A stretch of 64,000 bases of DNA from the NCBI GenBank assembly GCA_025453445.1, contig JALOQJ010000005.1, positions 136-64,135 of the forward strand. Direction: 5' to 3'. The translations under genes and the position numbers were made by a program. Shown here piece by piece: positions 49,415-58,646 of the stretch. This stretch comes from Candidatus Omnitrophota bacterium (GTDB taxonomy: Bacteria; Omnitrophota; Gorgyraeia; Gygaellales; Profunditerraquicolaceae). The notes below the pieces were generated by a model. The model saw only the letters and a program-made list of their open reading frames with translations. It had not been told where the DNA came from and did no database searches. Positions within the stretch are counted from its first letter, which is position 1, and the number at the start of each line of letters is the position of its first letter.

Positions 49415-49545
49415 TTCATTTGAAGTATACTTGAAAATTCAGCCTTGTCAAATAATTAAATAAGAAAATCCTTGCTCTAATCCTCAATCAGGAGGTATAC
49501 TATAAGCACAAAATTTAAAGCGCAAAAATAATCAGGAGGTATAGA

Positions 49546-50739
49546 ATGCCTAAAACCTTAAAAGTCATCAGTATTGTTCTTTTCTTCTTTAGCCTGCTTC
49601 CCATTGTTTCTTCCCAAGCCCAAACCACTGACTCCATCCGTATTATTACCTACTATCCCTCACCCTACGGCAGTTACCGTGAACTAAGGACTAAAAGGCT
49701 GGCCATTGGTGATGATTATATTAAAACTGGCGTTCCTCCTGATAAATACGACTGGCAGGAATATGCCACTGATCCAATGCATAATATTGGTTATAATACA
49801 GACTTGGTAGTCCAAGGCAATGTGGGGATTGGGACAACGATGCCGGAATCCAATTTGGATATTGTTCAGGAAAATGGATTCCCGGTTATTTATTTAGATG
49901 GTTATGGGACAAGATCAGGAACAGTTAATTACGCCCCCCATTTTATTGGAAGGACTGCGCGTGGTACAGCAGCTTCTCCGCAAGCGACTCAATTAGGTGA
50001 TGGTTTGCTTGTTTTGCGTGGACTAGGCTATGGTTCAGGTGGATGGGTTGGCGGAAACTCCGGCTCCGGCCAGATAATAGTTTATGCAGATGGAGACTTT
50101 ACTAGTACTTCGTCTCCGGGAAAAATTATATTTTACACTACCCCTATAGATAGTACTATTAGTTCCGAGAGGATGATTATTAGTTCATCCGGCAACGTCG
50201 GCATCGGGACGACCAGTCCGCAAACGCCTGCGCCTGGAGGCGGCACTACCGGGAATTTAGATGTTAATGATGTTTATTTAAGAAGCACCGGTAAGTGGGC
50301 AAGCCAAGGTGGTGGAGGCGTTGTGCAGATGGTTTCTACTAACTATACGGGAACTATGGATAGCGCGGGTATTCCTTGGGATAATACAATTCCACTTTAT
50401 AGCGAAGGTAGCGAAATACTTACTTATGTCTTTACCCCGAAATATCCAGACAGTATGATTAGGATTGATGTTGTTGTTTCTGGTGATGAGATAGGCCAGA
50501 CTACCGCAATAGTGGCTTTGTTTAACGGTACGACCTGTGTGGATGCCGTTGCCAGTTATGGCCATGATTCACCACACGATTATAATTTGCTTTATACGGA
50601 ATCATCCGGCAGCACAAGCGCCAGGACATATTCAGTACGCGTGGGTAATATGCGGGTTAATTCTTCCAATGATATAGCTAACCCTCCTTTAGGTGGAAAG
50701 TATATTTCCAAAATGATTATTACAGAAATCCGCACCTGA
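49546..50739 (+). CDS. Secreted protein with tail-fibre-like GNVGIGTT(x)P repeats
   Basis: Signal peptide, two GNVGIGTT motifs, and a Gly/Ser/Thr-rich stretch. Confidence 0.6.
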   Translation: MPKTLKVISIVLFFFSLLPIVSSQAQTTDSIRIITYYPSPYGSYRELRTKRLAIGDDYIKTGVPPDKYDWQEYATDPMHNIGYNTDLVVQGNVGIGTTMPESNLDIVQENGFPVIYLDGYGTRSGTVNYAPHFIGRTARGTAASPQATQLGDGLLVLRGLGYGSGGWVGGNSGSGQIIVYADGDFTSTSSPGKIIFYTTPIDSTISSERMIISSSGNVGIGTTSPQTPAPGGGTTGNLDVNDVYLRSTGKWASQGGGGVVQMVSTNYTGTMDSAGIPWDNTIPLYSEGSEILTYVFTPKYPDSMIRIDVVVSGDEIGQTTAIVALFNGTTCVDAVASYGHDSPHDYNLLYTESSGSTSARTYSVRVGNMRVNSSNDIANPPLGGKYISKMIITEIRT

Positions 50740-50765
50740 TAAAACTAGGGGATGTTTCTTATTAA

Positions 50766-50828
50766 AATAGGGACAGCGACCATTTTTTTCGATACTTACC
50801 CAAAAATAAATGGTCGCTGTCCCTATTT
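50766..50828. terminator. 21-bp perfect inverted repeat (aaatagggacagcgaccattt-N21-aaatggtcgctgtccctattt); likely a terminator, possibly an operator
   Basis: Read from the sequence. It is followed by tattta and a tataat box 7 nt before the helicase ATG. Confidence 0.4.
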
Positions 50829-50849
50829 ATTGATGGTATAATCATAATA

Positions 50850-53800
50850 ATGGAAAATAAAATCTTAGAAGGCTTGAATAAAGAGCAGAGAGAAGCGGTT
50901 ACGCACAAGCAGGGGCCGCTGTTGATTATTGCCGGTGCTGGCACAGGCAAAACTATGGTAATTACCCGCAGGATTTCCTGGCTTTTATCCGAAGGCTTGG
51001 CTAAAACCAGTGAAATTTTAGCGCTCACTTTTACTGATAAAGCATCTCAGGCGATGCAGGAACGCGTAGATATACTCCTGCCTTATGGTTATACAGATAT
51101 CTGGATTTCTACTTTTCATGCTTTTGGAGACAAAATACTGCGGGAAAATGCGGTGATTGCCGGTTTAAACCCTGATTTTAAGGTTTTGACTCAGGCGGAG
51201 GCAGCAGTATTTTTCCGCGAGCATCTTTTTGAATTTAACCTAACTTATTTCCGGCCATTATCTGATCCTACGCGTTTTATTGAAGCATTAATTTCTTTTT
51301 TTAGCCGGGCAAAAGATGAAGATATTTCACCTGAGGAATATTTAAAATATGCGCAGTCCCTTGCTATAAAGGCAAAAGAGAACCCCGAAGATAAAGCGCT
51401 CGAAGAAGAAGCTTTGCAGCAAATAGAAATAGCTGGAGCATATCTCAAGTATCAGGAATTGCTGGCAAAAGAAGGGCTGTTGGATTTTGGTAATCAATTT
51501 TACCTAAGCCTTAAGCTTTTGCGCGAGCATCCCTTAATTTTAAAAAAATACCAGCAGCAGTTTAAATATATTTTAGTTGATGAATTTCAGGATACTAATT
51601 TTGCGCAATTTCAGATTATCAAATTACTGGCTGGTGCGCATAAAAATATTACAGTCGTGGCAGATGATGACCAGTGCGTGGTTGCCGGCACGCTTATAGA
51701 AACGCCCGAAGGTAGAAAGAAAATTGAAAATATAAAGAGGGGCGATTTAGTCCTCACTGCTGTAGGCAAGGGCCATTTGGCTACCTCTAAAGTAACTAAC
51801 GTGTTTAAGAGAAGAAAAAAGACTAGGCTGCTAACTTTTGAAACAGAAAAAAGCAATAAAATTACAGTAACATCAAATCACAAAATGTTCTGCTATGTGC
51901 CGGTAAAGCTTAAAAATAAAGAGAAGAAGATTTATTATGTTTACCTGATGTTGAGAAAAGATTTAGGCTGGAGATTGGGGATTACTGATGATTTGGCGGT
52001 AAGATTAAAATTAGAACGCAGCGCTGATAAAATAATTGGTTTACGTTCTTTTGATACTGAACAGGAAGCTCAATTTTTTGAAACATTCCTTTCTTTAAAA
52101 TATAGCATACCCACAGTATGTTTCATGAAGAGAAAAGGGGTGCGTATAGTAGATGACTGGCTCAAGCGGCTTTATACGGAATTTAATACAGAAGAAAGTG
52201 TAAGGAAATTGGCTAAAGATTTAGATATAGACTTAGATTATCATCACTATTGCCTGGGTGCAGTGACCAGGGGCAATAAAATAAGGATAAAAATAAATGT
52301 TTATCTTTGTTACCGCAGGCATATATCAAAAGAAAGAAAAAACAGAATATTGAAAAATCCTTCTATTATGCATCAGGTTAGCTTAGAGACTTCAGATATC
52401 CAAACAATAACTAAATTAAGGAAACTGGGATTTAATTTGAGGAAGGCAAAAAAAGGTTTCAGGGTAAGGTATGACCTTGCCGATATTAAGAAAATAGAGG
52501 ATATTGCTTTTAAACTCAAGGAAATTACCGGCGGTATATTGGAATATAAATTCAGCCTCGGTAAGTTCAATGTAGTAAATTTACCGGCTCTGGTAATACC
52601 TGCCTCTAATATTTTGAGAGGGCATTATCTACCGGTTAGAAAGGAAAATAGTATTATTTATGATAGAATCGTAGGTATTAGAGAAAAAGAAACTACTGCA
52701 ACAGTATACGATTTAGAGATAGGGCGGACTCACAATTTTATTGCTAATAAAATAGTGGTGCATAATTGTATTTACCGTTTCCGGGGTGCTGCTTATTCTA
52801 ACCTGTTAAATTTTATTAAGGATTTTCCGGAGAGTAAAAAAGTCAGTATCGTCCAGAATTACCGTTCAACACAAGCAATCCTTGACAGCGCATACCGTTT
52901 GATTCAGCAGAATAATCCTGAGCGTTTTGAAGTAAAAGCAGGCATTAATAAGCAGCTTGTTGGTGTAACCAAAGGTGGCAAAGCTCCTGAGCATTTGCAT
53001 TTTGATACTCATTCTACTGAAGCGGATCAGGTTGCCGGATTGATTAAAGAAAAGATGAAGTCAGGAGATTCCCATTATCGTGATTTTGCTATTCTCGTGC
53101 GTTCCAATTCCGATGCCCGGGCTTTTTTGCAGGCATTGAATATGCAGGATATTCCCTGGCAATTCAGCGGTAATCAGGGGCTTTACAGCCGGGAAGAAGT
53201 AAAGCTTTGTATTAATTTCTTGCGCGTGGCAGCTAATCCTTCAGATTCGTTGAGCCTGTATTATCTGGTTAGCTCCGAAGCATATAATTTTAATCTTTCC
53301 GAATTGACTGTCATAAGCCATTATTCTAAACGCAGGAATAAGCCATTATATTTGGTTTTTCAGGATATCGGTAATATTGAAGAACTTGAGGTTACCAGCG
53401 ATGCCACAAAAGAAAAAATAAAAAATATTTTAAGCGATTTGGAAAAATTCCTTAAAACCAGCCGGCAAGAAACTACCGGAAAGTTATTGTATAGTTTTTT
53501 GACGGAAACCGGTTATTTAAAATCGCTTACCCAAAATCAGAATCTGGAAAACGAAACTAAAATTCAGAATTTAGCTAAGTTCTTTAATATCGTGCGTGAT
53601 TTTGAATTAGTAGCAAAGGAGGACCGGGTAATTAGTTTTGTAAATTACCTGAATCTTCTGATTGAAGCAGGCGATGATCCCTCTACTGTGCAGGCGGATT
53701 TAGACAGCGACGCGGTGAACGTGTTGACGATTCATAAGGCAAAGGGGCTGGAATTTAGGGTAGTATTTTTAGTCAGCCTTGTGCAGGGCCGTTTTCCCTG

Positions 53801-54854
53801 GCCGCGCAGGGCCCAGACTTTTGAATTGCCGGATATAATGATTAAAGAAGTGTTGCCTACTGGAGATTTTCATATTCAGGAAGAGCGCCGGCTTTTTTAT
53901 GTGGGAATGACCCGTGCCAAAGAAGAGCTTTACCTGACCAGCGCTGCTGATTATGGCGGCAGCCGCCTGAGGAAGGTAAGTCAATTTGTTGCTGAGGCTC
54001 TGGGTAAGGAAATGCCGGCTGTGGAAAAGAAAAAAACCAGCGCCCGCGAGGCGATTGAACGTTTCGCTTTGAAAAAAGAATCTCTGCCTTCAGCACAGCA
54101 AATTTTTCCCGAAGGTAAATTAGTTAATTTAAGTTATTACCACATCGATGATTATTTAACCTGCCCCTTAAAATACAAATACGTGAATATCCTGCGCGTG
54201 CCGATTATGGAACACCACACAGTAATTTATGGCCGCGCCATGCATGATGCAGTGAGCAAATATTTTCAGTTTAAATTAATCAATAAAAAAATGAGCCTCG
54301 CAGATTTATTAAATGCTTTTAGGGTTAGTTTTGACCCGCAGGGATTCTTAAGCGAAAAACACCAGCAAGAACGTCGTTCTACCGGTGAAAAAGCATTGAT
54401 ACGTTTTTTTGAGGAAGAAGAGAAGCTTGCAGCTCGTCCGAAATTCATCGAAAAAGAATTCTCTTTTATATTAGAAGATAATAAGATTTCCGGCCGCTTT
54501 GACCGCGTGGATGAAGATAAAGATGGCGCAATAATTATGGATTTTAAGACTTCGCAGATTAAAACCCATAAAGATGCAGATAAGCGTGCTGCAGAAAGCC
54601 TGCAGCTTAAACTTTATGCTTTGGCTTATCAGAGGATGTCCGGCAGCCTGCCTAAAAGCGTAGCGTTATATTTTCTGGAATCCGGCATGGTCGGTAAAAG
54701 CAGCATTGGCGAAGATGATTTGGAGGAAATTAAGGAAAAAATTAAGGAAGTCTCCGCAGGTATCCGTAAGGGAAATTTTTCAGCTGCGCCTGCTTATATG
54801 GGTTGTGCCTATTGTGCCTACAATCAGATTTGTCCTTCTGTCTTGATTAAATAA
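50850..54854 (+). CDS. UvrD/PcrA-family helicase fused to a C-terminal PD-(D/E)xK / 4-Cys (Cas4- or AddB-like) nuclease domain, interrupted by an intein
   Basis: Helicase motif I GAGTGKT, motif II VDEFQDTN, and motif III split as ADDDQ|C...HN|CIYRFRGA. The C-terminal nuclease region ends with YMGCAYCAYNQICP. Confidence 0.85.
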   Translation: MENKILEGLNKEQREAVTHKQGPLLIIAGAGTGKTMVITRRISWLLSEGLAKTSEILALTFTDKASQAMQERVDILLPYGYTDIWISTFHAFGDKILRENAVIAGLNPDFKVLTQAEAAVFFREHLFEFNLTYFRPLSDPTRFIEALISFFSRAKDEDISPEEYLKYAQSLAIKAKENPEDKALEEEALQQIEIAGAYLKYQELLAKEGLLDFGNQFYLSLKLLREHPLILKKYQQQFKYILVDEFQDTNFAQFQIIKLLAGAHKNITVVADDDQCVVAGTLIETPEGRKKIENIKRGDLVLTAVGKGHLATSKVTNVFKRRKKTRLLTFETEKSNKITVTSNHKMFCYVPVKLKNKEKKIYYVYLMLRKDLGWRLGITDDLAVRLKLERSADKIIGLRSFDTEQEAQFFETFLSLKYSIPTVCFMKRKGVRIVDDWLKRLYTEFNTEESVRKLAKDLDIDLDYHHYCLGAVTRGNKIRIKINVYLCYRRHISKERKNRILKNPSIMHQVSLETSDIQTITKLRKLGFNLRKAKKGFRVRYDLADIKKIEDIAFKLKEITGGILEYKFSLGKFNVVNLPALVIPASNILRGHYLPVRKENSIIYDRIVGIREKETTATVYDLEIGRTHNFIANKIVVHNCIYRFRGAAYSNLLNFIKDFPESKKVSIVQNYRSTQAILDSAYRLIQQNNPERFEVKAGINKQLVGVTKGGKAPEHLHFDTHSTEADQVAGLIKEKMKSGDSHYRDFAILVRSNSDARAFLQALNMQDIPWQFSGNQGLYSREEVKLCINFLRVAANPSDSLSLYYLVSSEAYNFNLSELTVISHYSKRRNKPLYLVFQDIGNIEELEVTSDATKEKIKNILSDLEKFLKTSRQETTGKLLYSFLTETGYLKSLTQNQNLENETKIQNLAKFFNIVRDFELVAKEDRVISFVNYLNLLIEAGDDPSTVQADLDSDAVNVLTIHKAKGLEFRVVFLVSLVQGRFPWPRRAQTFELPDIMIKEVLPTGDFHIQEERRLFYVGMTRAKEELYLTSAADYGGSRLRKVSQFVAEALGKEMPAVEKKKTSAREAIERFALKKESLPSAQQIFPEGKLVNLSYYHIDDYLTCPLKYKYVNILRVPIMEHHTVIYGRAMHDAVSKYFQFKLINKKMSLADLLNAFRVSFDPQGFLSEKHQQERRSTGEKALIRFFEEEEKLAARPKFIEKEFSFILEDNKISGRFDRVDEDKDGAIIMDFKTSQIKTHKDADKRAAESLQLKLYALAYQRMSGSLPKSVALYFLESGMVGKSSIGEDDLEEIKEKIKEVSAGIRKGNFSAAPAYMGCAYCAYNQICPSVLIK
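51675..52766 (+). mobile_element. Intein (364 aa) inserted in helicase motif III
   Basis: N-terminal CVVAGTLIETPEG (block A), TSNH (block B), VYDLEIGRTHNFIAN (block F), and a terminal VVHN followed by a +1 Cys (block G). It is in frame. The roughly 200-aa central domain is presumably a homing endonuclease. Confidence 0.8.
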
Positions 54855-54909
54855 ATATCAATAAATTATAATTGCGTGATTGCCGGTTTAGAAGTAAAAT
54901 ACTACTAAT

Positions 54910-55743
54910 ATGAAGAAAGTCCCTGTCAGTGTTAGTCATAAGTTTAAAATATCTGTAGTCATCCTTGTTTTTTTTCTGGCGATATTCCGGCTTCTGGATA
55001 TTCTCTATCTGCCGTTTTTTAATCCAGCCGTAGATTTGATACCTGATAAGGCCATTTTAATTATTGTTATCTGTGTGCTGGTGTATCTTTGGATTCAGGA
55101 GACACGGGATTATTATAATCTTCTGCGCTTGAATAATGATTTAGCAAGCACGCATGAGCAGCTGGAGCAGGCGGAAGTAGAAAGTATTACTGCTCTTATG
55201 AAAGCAGAAGAATCCAAGGATCCTTATACCTATGGCCATTCAGACCGAGTTACTAAATTAGCATTGGCCATTGCCGAGAGGATGAATCAGGATGATAATT
55301 TTAAAAAAATAATTTCCCGCGCAGGCCTCTTGCATGACATCGGAAAAATCGGCATACAAGACGCCGTGCTTTTAAAGCAGGAAAAATTAACCGATGCGGA
55401 GTGGGAAATTATCAAAAGCCATTCTCAGCAGGGGGCGAAGATTTTAGAGCCGTTAAAATTCCTTGCTCAGGAAAGAAAGATTATTTTACATCATCATGAA
55501 CGCTATGACGGTAAAGGCTATCCTGATCGCCTGATGGGAGAAGAGATCCCCCTGGGGTCGCTGATTTTAGCAGTGGCAGATGCATTTGATGCAATGAATT
55601 CACAGCGGCCCTATCGTCAGGCAATGGAAAGAGTTGCAATCATAGCTGAATTAAGCAGGTGCCGCGGCACCCAGCATAAAGCTCAGATTACTGATACTCT
55701 CCTGAAGTTGCTGGAGGAGAGGCCGGAACTTTGGGATAAATAG
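54910..55743 (+). CDS. Membrane-anchored HD-GYP domain protein (putative c-di-GMP phosphodiesterase)
   Basis: HD motif (LLHDIGK) and the HHHERYDGKGYP HD-GYP signature. One or two N-terminal TM helices. Confidence 0.8.
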   Translation: MKKVPVSVSHKFKISVVILVFFLAIFRLLDILYLPFFNPAVDLIPDKAILIIVICVLVYLWIQETRDYYNLLRLNNDLASTHEQLEQAEVESITALMKAEESKDPYTYGHSDRVTKLALAIAERMNQDDNFKKIISRAGLLHDIGKIGIQDAVLLKQEKLTDAEWEIIKSHSQQGAKILEPLKFLAQERKIILHHHERYDGKGYPDRLMGEEIPLGSLILAVADAFDAMNSQRPYRQAMERVAIIAELSRCRGTQHKAQITDTLLKLLEERPELWDK

Positions 55744-55753
55744 GAGAGACAAC

Positions 55754-56704
55754 ATGTTTAGGGAAAAAATTAAAGTATTGGATTGTACTGTCCGCGACGG
55801 CGGTTTGATTAATAATCATGATTTTGATTTGAGGTTTGTCAGGGAAGTTTATAAGGCTCTTTCAGAGGCGGGTGTAGACTATATGGAAATAGGCTACAAG
55901 AATTCAAAAAAGTTATTTTCTCCCAAAGAATTCGGAAAATGGAAATTCTGCGAAGATGATGATATTAAAAAAGTCGTTGAAGGTATAGAATCTAAAACAA
56001 AAATTTCCGTAATGGTAGATGTGGACAGAGTAGATATTGAAGATGTGCCTGCGCGCAAACTTAGCCCGGTGCAGATGATCAGGGTGGCTTCTTATGTTAA
56101 GGATATAGATAAGGCGATATTTCTGGTAAATCATTTTGCCGATAAAGGGTATGAAACGACAGTAAATATTATGGCAATCTCGCGGGCGCTGGATAATGAG
56201 CTGACAGAATGCCTGCATCAGCTGGAAGAAGAAAGTAAGGCAAAAGTAGTTTATATTGTAGATAGTTTCGGCGCATTATATCAGGAGACAACCGAATTCC
56301 TGATCAAAAAGGCGAGGCATATCTTAAAAAGTAAAGAGGTAGGGATTCATGCGCACAATAATCAGCAATTGGCTTTTGGCAATACCATCGAAGCAATTAT
56401 CCATGATGCTAACTATGTTGATGCCACTGTCTACGGATTAGGCAGGGCTGCGGGAAATTGCCCTTTGGAATTAGTTTTAGGATTTTTAAAAAATCCGAAA
56501 TTCGATATCCGGCCAATACTTGATTTAATCTCCAAGGAGTTTATTCCTTTGCGGGAAAAAATAGAATGGGGCTACATCATTCCTTATGCGATTACCGGTA
56601 TTCTGGATGAACATCCCCGTGCAGCTATGGCTTTGCGCAGCAGCGACAAAAAAGAAAATTACCGCGAATTCTATGACAGCTTGGTCGGGGAAGTTGAAGA
56701 GTAA
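55754..56704 (+). CDS. HMGL-like/DRE-TIM aldolase family protein
   Basis: LDCTVRDGG resembles the TLRDGEQ metallolyase motif, and the protein is TIM-barrel sized. The assignment is tentative. Confidence 0.5.
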   Translation: MFREKIKVLDCTVRDGGLINNHDFDLRFVREVYKALSEAGVDYMEIGYKNSKKLFSPKEFGKWKFCEDDDIKKVVEGIESKTKISVMVDVDRVDIEDVPARKLSPVQMIRVASYVKDIDKAIFLVNHFADKGYETTVNIMAISRALDNELTECLHQLEEESKAKVVYIVDSFGALYQETTEFLIKKARHILKSKEVGIHAHNNQQLAFGNTIEAIIHDANYVDATVYGLGRAAGNCPLELVLGFLKNPKFDIRPILDLISKEFIPLREKIEWGYIIPYAITGILDEHPRAAMALRSSDKKENYREFYDSLVGEVEE

Positions 56705-56706
56705 AT

Positions 56707-57339
56707 ATGGATGTTGCAAAGTTTAAAGTACTGCCCCTTTTGGGGATTCTTAGGGATATAGAGCAGGAAATAATTGAACCATTGATTGAGACGATTATTG
56801 CAAGCGGCCTGAAGACAATCGAAATTACTATGAACACAAAAAATGCCGCAGCTTTAATCCGCCGGGCAGTTGAATTATCGGGTAAACAACTAGTGATTGG
56901 CGCAGGGACAGTTTTAACTTCGGATGATTTAAAATCTGCACTTGATGCTGGTGCGACATTTATCGTTACGCCGGTTTTGGTTAAGGAAGTTTTGGGCTAT
57001 TGCCTGAAAAATAAAATTCCCATTTTCCCCGGTGCACTCACCCCGCAGGAAATTTACACAGCGTGGTTTGAAGGTGTCACCATGGTAAAAGTTTTTCCGG
57101 CAAAATTTTTCGGGCCGGAATATTTCAAAGAAATTAAAGGCCCTTTTAAAGAGATTAAACTTTTGGCCTGCGCAGGAGTGACTGCGGAAAATCTTAAAAG
57201 TTATTTTTCTAATGGCGCAGATGCTGTTAGTTTCGGCGCCAGCGTGTTTAGGCAGGATTGGCTGAAAGAAAAAGATTTTTCCAGCATTAAGCGAAGCATT
57301 AAAGAATATCTGCAGGCATTCCGGGGGCAATATGCCTAA
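56707..57339 (+). CDS. eda: KDPG / 4-hydroxy-2-oxoglutarate aldolase
   Basis: LVIGAGTVLTSDDLKSALDAGATFIVTP matches the Eda family. Confidence 0.8.
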   Translation: MDVAKFKVLPLLGILRDIEQEIIEPLIETIIASGLKTIEITMNTKNAAALIRRAVELSGKQLVIGAGTVLTSDDLKSALDAGATFIVTPVLVKEVLGYCLKNKIPIFPGALTPQEIYTAWFEGVTMVKVFPAKFFGPEYFKEIKGPFKEIKLLACAGVTAENLKSYFSNGADAVSFGASVFRQDWLKEKDFSSIKRSIKEYLQAFRGQYA

Positions 57340-57751
57340 TTTTGGGCTTGGCCTGGATAAAGAAAAAGCCCTTGCTGAAAAAATGCTGCAGCTGGGGGTT
57401 CGCGAAGAGGATATTGTCGAGAACTTTATCAGATCAGGCGGCCCAGGCGGACAGAATGTAAATAAAACTTCTACCTGCGTGTACCTGAAACATCTTCCTA
57501 CCGGTATAGAGATAAAATGCCAGGAAGAGCGCTCTCAGGCGCTGAACCGTTACCGCGGCCGGCAGATTTTAATGAAAAAAATAGAAACCCTGATTTTAGG
57601 CCGGCAATCCGCAGAAAGGCAGCGTATTGAAAAAATCCGCCGCCAGAAAAAAAGAAGGTCAAGAAGAGCGAAATTAAAAATATTGGAGGCAAAACGCCGT
57701 CAGGGAGAAAAGAAACGGCTGCGCGCGCCTGTGCAAGAAGGGGAGGAATAA
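57332..57751 (+). CDS. arfB: Peptidyl-tRNA hydrolase ArfB (alternative ribosome rescue factor)
   Basis: GGQ motif (SGGPGGQNVNK), roughly 140 aa, and a basic C-terminal tail. Confidence 0.85.
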   Translation: MPNFGLGLDKEKALAEKMLQLGVREEDIVENFIRSGGPGGQNVNKTSTCVYLKHLPTGIEIKCQEERSQALNRYRGRQILMKKIETLILGRQSAERQRIEKIRRQKKRRSRRAKLKILEAKRRQGEKKRLRAPVQEGEE

Positions 57752-58282
57752 ATGAAATACCTGTTTAGTTTGATTTTGGCAGTATTTTTATCAGCTGCCA
57801 TGGTTTCGCCGGCTTTGGCTAAAGAAAAACCTTCTTCCAAATTGCAGACGCAGAAGCTTGATTTGAATGCTGATAAAGTAAAAGAGATTATCACCATGGA
57901 GGATAAATTCGATACTGACGGGTTTTCTGTTATTACGATAGCCAGGCCTAAGGCAGATAAAATCGGCAGTTTTACTGTTCCCGGGCGTTTTAAAGCAATA
58001 GAATTCGCGGATTTATACGGAGATGGGGCCAAGCAGATCGCAGTGTATTTTGAAGGCAAGGATGCCTCTAATCATCTGGTACTTTACGGTATAAAAAATA
58101 ATAGAATATCCAGGATATTCGGGGTTGATAGTGCCTGCGATATAGAAGGGGATTTCAGCACTGTTCTGGCGCGGATAACAATAGATAAGCCTGTTTGCGA
58201 GGAAGGCAGCTGCTATTGCCCGGAGCAGCCTGAGCATGAGATCTGGATCTGGACCGGAGAAAAGTTTATCCGGGAGCGGTAA
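57752..58282 (+). CDS. Secreted hypothetical protein
   Basis: Signal peptide [23 protein letters not shown]. No family recognised. Confidence 0.5.
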   Translation: MKYLFSLILAVFLSAAMVSPALAKEKPSSKLQTQKLDLNADKVKEIITMEDKFDTDGFSVITIARPKADKIGSFTVPGRFKAIEFADLYGDGAKQIAVYFEGKDASNHLVLYGIKNNRISRIFGVDSACDIEGDFSTVLARITIDKPVCEEGSCYCPEQPEHEIWIWTGEKFIRER

Positions 58283-58302
58283 TAGGTGTTACGAATATGC
58301 TG

Positions 58303-58331
58303 TTGACTTATCGCTAAAAATATTATATAAT
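58303..58331 (+). promoter_or_regulatory. Consensus sigma70 promoter TTGACT-N17-TATAAT upstream of rpsO
   Basis: Read from the sequence. An AAGGAGG RBS follows 13 nt later. Confidence 0.6.
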
Positions 58332-58358
58332 CATTTGTTTGTAAAGGAGGTGGCAGAG

Positions 58359-58628
58359 TTGGTTTTAGTCAAAGACAAAAAGAAGAATATTATTGACAGT
58401 TACAAAGTCCATACCAAAGATACTGGTTCAGCGGAAGTGCAGATAGCGCTCCTGACCGAGAGAATCAATAGCTTAAGCGGGCACTTTCAACTGCATAAAA
58501 AAGACCATCATTCCCGCGGGGGGCTGTTGGCGTTAGTCGGAAGGCGCCGCAGGCTCTTGAGTTATCTGAAGAAGAAAGATATCAAAAAATATGAGGGGAT
58601 TTTGGAGAAGCTTGGCCTCAGGAAGTAA
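58359..58628 (+). CDS. rpsO: 30S ribosomal protein S15
   Basis: [16 protein letters not shown]...[12 protein letters not shown] matches S15. TTG start at 58359, 8 nt after the RBS. The listed ORF start at 58236 is an upstream in-frame extension. Confidence 0.9.
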   Translation: MVLVKDKKKNIIDSYKVHTKDTGSAEVQIALLTERINSLSGHFQLHKKDHHSRGGLLALVGRRRRLLSYLKKKDIKKYEGILEKLGLRK

Positions 58629-58646
58629 AAGGAAAGGTAAAACATA

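Noticed and set aside
49546-50739. Tail-fibre-like secreted protein as evidence of a prophage
   Set aside because: There are no capsid, terminase, integrase or tail genes around it. The flanking genes are rpmB and a chromosomal helicase.
50766-50828. Palindrome upstream of the helicase as a LexA/SOS box
   Set aside because: The arms are 21 nt with a 21-nt spacer. That matches neither the CTGT-N8-ACAG nor the CGAAC-N4-GTTCG architecture. A terminator is the simpler reading.
58236-58358. N-terminal 41-aa extension of the rpsO ORF
   Set aside because: The extension covers the consensus promoter and RBS. S15 homology begins only after the TTG at 58359.
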